This document shows positions 53,898-64,000 of a stretch of 64,000 bases of DNA, piece after piece. The stretch is from the NCBI GenBank assembly GCA_951406725.2, contig OX597814.1, forward strand, positions 31,496,001 through 31,560,000, written 5' to 3'. This DNA is from Octopus vulgaris (taxonomy: Eukaryota). The notes beneath the pieces are model-generated. The model had not been told where the DNA came from. It worked only from the letters and a program-made list of their open reading frames with translations, and did not search any database. Position 1 is the stretch's first letter. Each line of letters begins with the position of its first letter. A program made the translations under genes and the position numbers.

Positions 53898-54463
53898 ATA
53901 TATTAATAAAAAGAATTCCAACCTTGTCTGATTTTCACGTTTTATTTACAATCTTATAATGATATATTATAAGATAATATATTATAATTGAATAAAATAA
54001 AATGAAATAGTAGAATGTTAAATATTCATTCTGATTGAACTAGTACTTTCATGCATTGAATTCTGCAATATTCGGGTTCATGTAGTAGTGTTGACAGTCA
54101 TGCTTCACAATTTTTGACTGTAGCAAGATGAGTGATTCTGTGCTATAAATACAGCTGGGTAGGCTCCAGAGTGCTAGGTTTTGCAAACTGTATTCTGACC
54201 AATCAGTGTGTAGTATCACTCAATTACTTAAGCTGATTGGTTGGTTGAGCTGATTGGTTTAGGCATCACGCTTTGTTGGACAGGTCAAGAGTCCTGTATC
54301 TTGACCCTGGCCGAAGCAGCAATTGTTGGGTTATTTTTAGAAATGTTGTAAATATCCTTTGTCAGAGATTTTTATATTTTTATATTTCAATTGTCATCAT
54401 CATCATTGTCAGCACCTTAATTATTGTTGCTAGTGGTGATGGTGGTGGCAATAGAACTTTTAA
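53898..54463 (-). repeat. Inverted 5' copy of pLTR
   Basis: Reverse complement of 57790-58356; I see one substitution and one 1-bp indel. Confidence 0.95.
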
Positions 54464-55444
54464 TGGAAAAAACTCCTTAACATAAGAAAACAAAACTTCT
54501 GGAAGGCATATAAATGCGAAAAATATGCTGAAATACATTCGAAATGGATATCTTTAGCGGCACCCATACTTCCTCGGAAGTACCTAATTAAAGAAATTGC
54601 AGGAGAACCAGAGGAAGAAACTAAACTTCGATGGGACCTTAGTTTGATAAAATTCAGGACCGACATCTCCATTACCCTGTCTAAACAATCCCGCTACAAA
54701 GCCAAATACGAAGCTATCGATGATCAAATCAGAGATGAAATATCCAAACTAACGACCGGCAATATAGCAGAAAAAATGCGAGAACTATGGATCAGAGATA
54801 TCTCAAAAGAAGAAAGCAGATCAAGAAAGTTTTGGCAGCGGAAACAATTATTTCTCGACAAATATGCTACAAATTACGGTAAAGACACCAGAACTCCGAG
54901 AAATAGCATTAAAAGTGGACAACCTCACCAACGCAACATACACCAGAACACGTGGCAACATGAACACCCGTTTCACCACGAATCGAAGACGAACTACGGT
55001 AAGAACTCTTCCCATTTTGTATGCAAACACCCTAATGCACACAACATGAACAAAAAGCACAAACAAAATAGATATTGTTTTGAACAGACCATTAGCAGTA
55101 GAAATAACAGGAGATCATTTTCAAGACCTCAACAGAGATTACCCACAAGAAACTGGACAAAAAACCGATCTAGATCTAGAAGTAAACCCAGATCATTTCT
55201 CCAGGTGGTTAAAAACAATGCTAACAAGAAATTGAAAAGTAGCATACATAATACCAAAAACAAGACAGAAAACATAACGAAACCAAGTAAAGTACCACAA
55301 CCAAAACGCAAAATTCATCAAGCAAACATCAACAGGAATATAAATCATAACCAGAAAAAAATCCATTTTTTTACGTCAGGACAACAAACACCGGAGAAAG
55401 AAAAAATCCAAGAGGAAACATACCCCAAACAACTGAACGTATAG
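54464..55444 (+). CDS. PLE upstream ORF (5'-truncated; helical W-rich domain plus basic low-complexity tail)
   Basis: Open from the inversion junction (WKKLLNIRKQNFWKAYK...) to TAG at 55442-44, with no authentic start codon at its 5' end. The tail is R/S/K/N-rich (RSRSRSKPRS). Confidence 0.7.
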   Translation, partial: WKKLLNIRKQNFWKAYKCEKYAEIHSKWISLAAPILPRKYLIKEIAGEPEEETKLRWDLSLIKFRTDISITLSKQSRYKAKYEAIDDQIRDEISKLTTGNIAEKMRELWIRDISKEESRSRKFWQRKQLFLDKYATNYGKDTRTPRNSIKSGQPHQRNIHQNTWQHEHPFHHESKTNYGKNSSHFVCKHPNAHNMNKKHKQNRYCFEQTISSRNNRRSFSRPQQRLPTRNWTKNRSRSRSKPRSFLQVVKNNANKKLKSSIHNTKNKTENITKPSKVPQPKRKIHQANINRNINHNQKKIHFFTSGQQTPEKEKIQEETYPKQLNV

Positions 55445-57678
55445 ATCCTAAAATAATTAATTTATCAAAAAGAGATCTTGACAATGATGAAATCCAACTT
55501 CTGTCAAAAGGACTGAAATTCACACCTACACCAACAGCCAACCACCAAGAATTAAAGGAGGATATCCAAAAATTCTGTCGAAAATTACGACTTGTAGAAT
55601 TCTTCGCTAACAAAAGTAATGAGATTGATGAATCCCTAGTAAGGAATAAATCAAATTTCACCCCACCAAAAGGAAGAAATAACTACCTTGACCAATACAT
55701 TGATATCCTGTCTAAATTTCCCCTTAGACGCAATACCAATGTTAGGCCAAACATTAGCAAATCAGAGATGTCTGCATGTAAACGTATACAAAACGATCAA
55801 ACAATAATAATTAAACAAGCAGATAAAGGTGGTGCAATTGTTATTATGGATACCGAATACTATAAGGATTTGGTTGAAGACCAACTGAAGGATACAACCT
55901 TCTATTGTGAAATACCCGCAAATATAGACCACCACATCATGAAAAAGATCAACAACCTGATTTCAACACACCACAACTCACTTACGGATAATGAAAAAGA
56001 CTACATCACCAATTTTGAACCAAAACCCAGCAACTTCTACGGCTTACCAAAAATACACAAATCAAAAAACATTCAACAGGCAGTAAAAGAACAAGAAAGT
56101 GAGTACATAACATTATTACATCCAAAAGACCTAAAACTTAGACCTATTATAGCTGGTCCAGCATGCCCTACACACCGTCTAAGCAATTTTATTGACATTG
56201 TTTTGAAACCACTATGTACTTACATACCAAGTTTCATCAGGGATGACATCGACTTCCTGTCCCATCTTCCCAAAACAACAGAAACAAATTCAGTTTTACT
56301 AAGTTTTGATGTGGTAAGCCTCTACACCAATATTCCACACGATTTAGGAATAAAGGCGATTAAATACTGGTTAGAAAAACATAGAGAAGTGATTCCCAGC
56401 AGATTCACAGTGCCATTTATATTAGACACAGTCAAACTTATTCTAGAAAATAACACATTCTTCTTCAATGGAAAGAATTACATCCAAATTAGAGGCACGG
56501 CGATGGGAACGAGGTTTGCTCCCGTTTACGCCAACTCTGTAATGGGATACTTAGAAGAACAACTCTACCAAGAGGTGGAGGTAAACTATGGCACTGGATT
56601 TAGAAAGTATATTGAAAAGGCATGGAAGAGATACCTAGACGACTGTTTCATAATCTGGACAGAATCTCTAAATACTCTGGAAGAGTTCAATATCCTCCTG
56701 AACAACCTACACCCATCTCTCAAATTTACAAAGGAGATGAGTAGTACCAAATTACCATTCCTGGATATAATGGTAATTAAAAAAGACACCACCATCACCA
56801 CAGATATATACTATAAACACACAGACACACATCAATACCTAAATTTTAAGTCGTGCCATCCACCACATACAAAACGTAACATCCCATACTGCCTAGCCAG
56901 AAGAATTTGTACTATTGTAGAAGATGCAAATATCAGGAACAAACGCCTAATAGAACTAAGAGAATTTTTGCTCAAACAAAAATACCCATCTCTACTTATA
57001 GAAAATGGCATACAGCGGGCTGTAAAAATACCTATACAACAACTTAGGACAACCCAAGGAAGAGGAAAACAAGAACAAGTCATACCATTCATAGTGACAC
57101 ACAACCCATGTCACCAGAATATCTTCAACATTGCCAAAGCAAACCTACCAATCATTGCCCAAAGTAATGAATTAAAAGACATAATCAAGGATCGAGCTAT
57201 GGTGCTTAGTAAAAGACAGCCTAAAAACTTGAAAACATTACTAACAAAGGCAAAATTTGACCTCAGCAACAAAGACCAAACATTCACGGTATCTAAATGC
57301 AATGATAGCCGATGTGGCACATGCCAATTCATACATACCGGTCAATATATAAACACAAAAACCGGGAAAATATTCACAAACGCGAATATGAACTGCAAAA
57401 GCAGAAATTTAATTTACTGCATCAAATGCCCAAATTGTGAAGAAATATATGTAGGTCAGACGGGAAACGCACTATTAGAACGCTCACGTGTACACCGGCA
57501 ACAGATTAGAGACCCAGAGGTCCGTCAGATACCTTTGAGTAACCACCTAGCAACATGTGGTCGGAAAATATATATAATATTTCCATTCTACAAATTACAC
57601 AGCCCAAGTGAAATCGAGAGGAAAATCAGAGAAAAGAATTTTATTGATAAATTCGAACCCAAGCTAAATAAGCAATAA
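55351..57678 (+). CDS. PLE reverse transcriptase plus Cys-rich linker plus GIY-YIG endonuclease
   Basis: The frame is open from 55351 (first ATG 55768). Motifs: IINLS..L...LLSKGLKFTPTP, IKQADKG, FYGLPKIHK, LRPII, SFDVVSLYTNIP, GTAMG, RYLDD, PFLD, CNDSRCGTC, LIYCIKCPNCEEIYVGQT...ER...H. Confidence 0.95.
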   Translation, partial: PEKNPFFYVRTTNTGERKNPRGNIPQTTERIDPKIINLSKRDLDNDEIQLLSKGLKFTPTPTANHQELKEDIQKFCRKLRLVEFFANKSNEIDESLVRNKSNFTPPKGRNNYLDQYIDILSKFPLRRNTNVRPNISKSEMSACKRIQNDQTIIIKQADKGGAIVIMDTEYYKDLVEDQLKDTTFYCEIPANIDHHIMKKINNLISTHHNSLTDNEKDYITNFEPKPSNFYGLPKIHKSKNIQQAVKEQESEYITLLHPKDLKLRPIIAGPACPTHRLSNFIDIVLKPLCTYIPSFIRDDIDFLSHLPKTTETNSVLLSFDVVSLYTNIPHDLGIKAIKYWLEKHREVIPSRFTVPFILDTVKLILENNTFFFNGKNYIQIRGTAMGTRFAPVYANSVMGYLEEQLYQEVEVNYGTGFRKYIEKAWKRYLDDCFIIWTESLNTLEEFNILLNNLHPSLKFTKEMSSTKLPFLDIMVIKKDTTITTDIYYKHTDTHQYLNFKSCHPPHTKRNIPYCLARRICTIVEDANIRNKRLIELREFLLKQKYPSLLIENGIQRAVKIPIQQLRTTQGRGKQEQVIPFIVTHNPCHQNIFNIAKANLPIIAQSNELKDIIKDRAMVLSKRQPKNLKTLLTKAKFDLSNKDQTFTVSKCNDSRCGTCQFIHTGQYINTKTGKIFTNANMNCKSRNLIYCIKCPNCEEIYVGQTGNALLERSRVHRQQIRDPEVRQIPLSNHLATCGRKIYIIFPFYKLHSPSEIERKIREKNFIDKFEPKLNKQ

Positions 57679-57789
57679 TAATAATACTTAGAGGTATTAC
57701 TTCCACTGCTACGACCATGACCACTAACAACAACAACAATACTAAAGGTGATCAAGACGAAGATAGCAGGAAAATTATCTTATTTAGGG

Positions 57790-58490
<701 letters not shown>

Positions 58491-58516
58491 GTGTGTGTAC
58501 ATATATATATATATAT

Positions 58517-58626
58517 AGCCCGAGGTTAGAGTAGCAGATACTTGCCCAAGGTGCCACGCAGTGGGGCTGAATCCGGAACCATGTCGTTGGTAAGCATGAT
58601 ACTTACCATACAGCCACTCCTGCGCC
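58517..58626 (-). mobile_element. SINE family A head
   Basis: Matches the family A head. Confidence 0.8.
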
Positions 58627-59111
58627 TATAAATATACATATATATTACTGTGATAATAAATATATGTACTTAAATGCTATTGATATACGCACATACATCA
58701 TCCATCTATACAAGTATTGCTCCGTTAGAATATTTCTACGGGGATCTCTATAATTTTCTGATCTCGGTGGACATTTCAACGAATATCATGAAAAATATCA
58801 ATAAAAATAATTGATCCATATTGACATTAACATTCATTATTTTATAAACCGATTGTTATCCCAGACATAACTACCATATTGGGCAGTGTACAACAGAAAA
58901 TTCTTCTGGAATTTGGTAAGAAAAAACAAAAAAAAAAAATAGTGAAAGAGAAAAGTAAAAAGAAAAAAGACAAAATGAAACAAAATGGTAGTCTATAACA
59001 TCAACAACGGTTGATAATAAAAGAAAAAATTACTAGCATAAGGCAGAAATTGCTATAAATTGTTACATTAGTTTAAGGAAATATTTTCACTGCGGGAAAA
59101 TATCTCGACAT

Positions 59112-59144
59112 ACTGCTGCTGCTGCTCCTGCCACTACTACTACA

Positions 59145-59209
<65 letters not shown>

Positions 59210-59245
59210 AACTACTAATATCACCACCACCACAACCACAACCAA

Positions 59246-59277
<32 letters not shown>

Positions 59278-59313
59278 ATAATAATAATAATAATAATATT
59301 AATAATAATAATG

Positions 59314-59374
<61 letters not shown>

Positions 59375-59392
59375 TGATAATAATAATGATTA
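59112..59392. repeat. Compound trinucleotide microsatellite (CTG)(CTA)(CCA)(ATA)
   Basis: Direct inspection. Confidence 0.95.
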
Positions 59393-59802
59393 TTATTATA
59401 ACGTAAAAGAACTGAAAGAATGATGGTGTAATTAGATATTTCTAAAATATCACTTGATGATAGACATTTCGATATGTGTGAGTGTGTGTGTGTGTGAGTG
59501 TGCATATGCGTATGCGTGCGGTTGTGCTTGTATGCGTACATTTACATGTATATGAAGCATAGGTTTATGTATATGTTTCTGAATAAAATATAAATACCCA
59601 TCATATTTATGGGTATATGATATGAAGTTATTATAAAAATGAATACACACGGGTATGTGCAGAATGCATAGAAGACAGACATATATATATAGATAAATAT
59701 TTTTGTGTTATAGTGTGTATATACAAATACACACGCACACACATATATATGCATGCGAGTGTGCTTTTGAGCGTGTTCACATACACACATATACATATAT
59801 GT

Positions 59803-59836
<34 letters not shown>

Positions 59837-60217
59837 TGTGTGTGTGTGTGTGTGTGCATGTGTTTTATTATAGTACCTAAAAACATCAGTGCACAAATGA
59901 AGGGAATTTTTAGAAATATAGCTGTGGTAAAATAAATGACTGTTAAAATGCCGATACGCCGTATATTTAACTGTTTTTCTCTATCGTAATATGTATGGGT
60001 TATAACATCACTTAATGTTGAATATTGAATAGTAAATGATAAGCGAAAAGGATGGAGTATCCCGCGGAAGTTTCATGTTTTGCGTTATGTTTCATTAAAA
60101 GAATATTTTACAGGGGAAAAAAATGTATAAGGCTTAGTAACTGGCGTTCTAATATGAGGTTAAAAATTTTATCCATTCAAAATAATTCCTCTGACAATCA
60201 TAACTTGGAAAATGTAA

Positions 60218-60265
<48 letters not shown>

Positions 60266-60603
60266 TGCGAGCATACGCGTACACATATATATTTAGCTCA
60301 CACATAGTATGTAATATCAAACTTGTTTCGTATGCCTATTATTTACAACGTTTAACGGTGGAGACATTTAACGGTTGCCAGCTAAAGTACTGATTACAGA
60401 TAATAACAAATTTCTCCTCAAATCTTTTGAAATATAGGAAGAAACAAAATTCTTATTCCTGTATTCATACATAACAATATGTTATCTTGGATGCCCTTCG
60501 TTTTCAGTTTCTTTATTCCGATGTTCATGCATGCATACATACATAAATGCATACTTAGATACATATGTAGATGTATGCATTGCATATAATACATATGTAT
60601 AAG

Positions 60604-60651
<48 letters not shown>

Positions 60652-61175
60652 ATATACATTTTATATATATATATATACACATGCATTTTCATGTATGAAT
60701 TTATATAAAATTGCATTGTATTCAGTCTCTCAACATCTTTGTAATGGCATATAAATTCAAACGTATATATTGTCACACATGATCTTAGATTCTTGCACGA
60801 TTAAAGCCCTGAAAATTCTATACAATATGGTGATTGCCAAAAGAACATTGACTGAATCCATAAGAAGCTTTGCCAGACATTAAATACTTATAAAAGATGT
60901 CAATGTACATTTGTACCAACAACATTCGTAGCACTTTGTTACATTTGACTCAAATGTATACACTATTTACTATTGCAACTTACTACTTAGACTAGTTAGG
61001 CTCCTTACTATTTAGTCCATGCGTCTGATAATAGTTACGCATGAAAGTAGTGCCTAGGGATTAAAAATCAAAACGAACAACATTATCACTAAGAAGTACA
61101 ACAGTAACAAGAACAAAACATTTTTCTAACCCTAGCACAAGGTTGACTGCATTACTTGACAAGCATTACTTGAAA

Positions 61176-61579
61176 GGCGTAGGAGTGGCTGTGTGGTATG
61201 TAGCTTGCTAACCAACCACATGGTTCCGGGTTCAGTCCCACTGTGTGGCATCTTGGCCAAGTGTCTTCTACTATAGCCTCGGACCGACCAATGCCTTGTG
61301 AGTGGATTTGGTAGACGGAAACTGAAAGAAGCCCGTCGTATATATGTACGTGTGTGTGTGTATGTTTGTGTGTCTGTGTTTGTCCCCCCAACATCGCTTG
61401 ACAACATATGCTGGTGTATTTAAGTCCCCGTAACTTAGCGGTTCGGCATAAGTACTAGATAGAATAAGATAGAATAAATACTAGGCTTATAAAGAATAAG
61501 TCCTTGGATCGATTTGCTCGACTAAAGGCGGTGCTCCAGCATGGCCGCAGTCAAATGACTGAAACAAGTAAAAGAGTAA
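61176..61579 (+). mobile_element. SINE family A, full length
   Basis: Near-consensus copy. Confidence 0.9.
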
Positions 61580-61730
61580 GCACTTAAGGAAATGCAAAGA
61601 CAGCATCGATAAAATTTGGATCGATTTGCTCGACTAAAGGCGGTGCTCCAGCATGGCCGCAGTCAAATGACTGAAACAAGTAAAAGAGTAAGCACTTAAG
61701 GAAATGCAAAGACAGCATCGATAAAATTTG
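61504..61730. repeat. Exact 112-bp tandem duplication
   Basis: 61504-61615 is repeated at 61616-61727 and covers the SINE tail plus unique flank. Confidence 0.95.
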
Positions 61731-61914
61731 AATTAAGAATGTAAAGCTCTGAAAAAATGCTGCATTATAAAAACAACAATAATAATATATAAGTAAGTGG
61801 AAATTAGTACGGAGGCTGAATTTAACTCACGAACTATAACAACGATTACAGAATAAGGATAAAAAGCGTATGGTACCACAGATATTGGTTTCAGATTTTG
61901 GCAGGAAAATGGCA

Positions 61915-62195
61915 AGCCCGGAAAGATGAAAGGCCACAGTCAATTTCGACAGAATTTGAATTCAGAACATAAAGAGACGAACTAAAATGACGCTAAGCTT
62001 TCTGCCGGGCGTGCAGACTCTTCTGCCGGCCGTTTTTATTTTTTATTTGCCGTTTTTTATCTTTGTACGACTGTTAAATCGACCTCAGTGCTGAACTGGT
62101 ACTTATTTTATCGACCCCGGAAGCATTTGAACTTAGAATGTAAATACCACTAAACATTTTGTCTGGTGCGATAACGATTCTCCACGCTCACCGTC
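61915..62195 (-). mobile_element. Two diverged SINE family B fragments
   Basis: AAGATGAAAGGCCACAGTCAATTTCGACAGAATTTGAA and CTGGTACTTATTTTATCGACCCCGGAAG cores. Confidence 0.65.
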
Positions 62196-62662
62196 TTATA
62201 GTAACACAGATATTGAAAACTGAAAGACTTAAAACAATAAAGAGACATCATGAGGACATACTAGTGGATCTTCGACCTGCTAGAAAAAGCTTTCATGTAT
62301 ATTTTAAAGGAAAATTTTTCTTACAAACGGTAGCACACATTAAATAGTGTAATCCTAGAGAGTTTTAAAAAAAGATACAATGGCAACGGTTAGACCTATT
62401 TTGATCATAAAACGACTTGTTTATTTCACTGTATTTTTGACTAGAACTGACCGTACGAGTGCGATCAAGTGATGTTTCAGACCCTCTATTCTTTCTAGTA
62501 TGACTACTAGGTGGCAGAAACTGTAAATTTGTTCCATTTATTAATAACTAAATACAGGAATGTCGATAGGTGTTGCTTGAAACTAAATAACAGTATCAAA
62601 AATACAAATATATTTGGAAGAAATTCAGTTTCGCAAAAATGTGCAAAACGTGAAGCATAATA

Positions 62663-62803
62663 TTAGGTTGTCCCAAAAGTTCGTAAACACTTGCGAAAAT
62701 TGAATTTTTACTCGCCAAGTACTAACAAAAACAACAAAAATTATTCCTCAAAATAAAGACCATTATTTTCCAAGACTTTCTACGAACTTTTGGGACAACC
62801 TTA
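62663..62803. mobile_element. Mariner-derived MITE, 141 bp
   Basis: TIR TTAGGTTGTCCCAAAAGTTCGTA / TACGAACTTTTGGGACAACCTTA, flanked by TA on both sides. Confidence 0.9.
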
Positions 62804-63339
62804 TATATCAAAAAGTTAAGAACGGAAATCAAGAGACAAAACGTTTTCTCTATAACTAATCGATCATTTTATGAAAGAGAATGTACTTCGAAGGTCAATG
62901 AAAACTACGTAGTGAACCTCTATTTTTTCAGGAACTCGAAAGAACTGCTGAATTTTAATTATGCATTCTTTAAAAAAAAATATACTTTTACTACTTATTT
63001 TGTATTTTAATATTGTAAACCCAAAGCAGTGAACGGGTAGTGTCGTCAGTACACCGGACAAAATGCTTAACGGCATTTCGTCCGTTTCCGTTATACTTCT
63101 TGTAACCATGTAATTTATCCTTCTAAACTGTAGCCATATTTCATTTTCTATAATTCCGGCATGTAATATGCATCATTGTTGGCGTTTATGTTTCAACTAT
63201 TGACGAAAAAGTTGGTCGTGGCTGCTTTTGGAATTGACAAAAGAAAAAAAAAATCTGGAATGTTCGCAACATATTAGTATTTCTGAAATGTCAAGCTTCT
63301 CTGGTAGACCATTATTTTATTATGAAGCGTAACTAATTA

Positions 63340-63990
63340 CCTAAACCAAAAGTATTAGATTCTGAAATCTTAAAACACGTTAAATTATTGTGTTGGCGAT
63401 GGCTGAATGGATTCTGAAGTAACAGAATAAGGGGCCAGGGTACTATGCTGGTTCTATGGAGGACATTTCTCCTCAGCCGTCTGGACTACCGCTCTCATCT
63501 CTGGTTACTCCACAGTGACAAAATTAATAGCAGTACGTGATATAGAGCAGTGGTACTACAAAAGGAAGGTTGCATCAATAGAACAGCTGAGATACTGAGA
63601 AACGCTAGAAGAGTTACAGTTTTACTCCATGGAGCGAAGACGAGAGAACTATGTGGTGATTGACATATGGAAGATCCTAAAAAGTTTGGCATTAAATTGT
63701 CATAGGACCCCCCTGAACTGGACATCACTGCGCTCTTACGGTTCCAACCATCTCATCTTGAGTGACGACCAGGTACAACAATAGCTTGGGATTCAAAGCC
63801 CCACAATTATTTAAAATTTTACTAAAATGTCTCAGGGATCTACATGAAGTGGGGTAGAGGTTTTCAAGAAACAACTTGATCTCCTACTGTCCAAGGTCCT
63901 AAATCACGACAGGAAATTCAAAATAGGGTAACAATATAGAATTCCACACTTCATCAAAGGACAATAACAAAAGAATGGCCATTAAAAGGT
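63340..63990 (+). mobile_element. Decayed CR1-group LINE 3' fragment
   Basis: Translates as LDYRSHLW.. and LEELQFYSMERRRENYVVIDIWKIL; same family as 9598-10600. Confidence 0.75.
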
Positions 63991-64000
63991 GATAATACTG

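Noticed and set aside
54273-54485. Duplicated 66-70 aa ORF (also 57780-57980)
   Set aside because: It is only a by-product of the inverted pLTR duplication.

Overview
AT-rich, microsatellite-saturated animal DNA. The SINE families look like those of a coleoid cephalopod, probably Octopus (pattern recognition, not verified by search). I found no convincing host protein-coding exon, and nearly all short ORFs in the track are translations of microsatellites or SINEs. The window is a transposon landscape. It holds a young Penelope-like element (Neptune-type RT plus GIY-YIG, 53898-58356) bracketed by near-identical ~566-bp inverted pseudo-LTRs, with an upstream ORF joined to the RT frame by a U_UUU_UUU -1 slip site. 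It also holds a full-length mariner (48754-50041); decayed Tc1, hAT, CR1-group, Tx1, R4/Dong and Hero fragments; two MITEs; and many copies of at least three tRNA-derived SINE families. The main hidden signal is a set of hammerhead ribozyme folds in short non-coding repeats. The best one is a canonical type I hammerhead that only appears after removing the mariner from its loop II. It lies in a ~597-bp unit with a 137-bp terminal direct repeat, which looks like a retrozyme.
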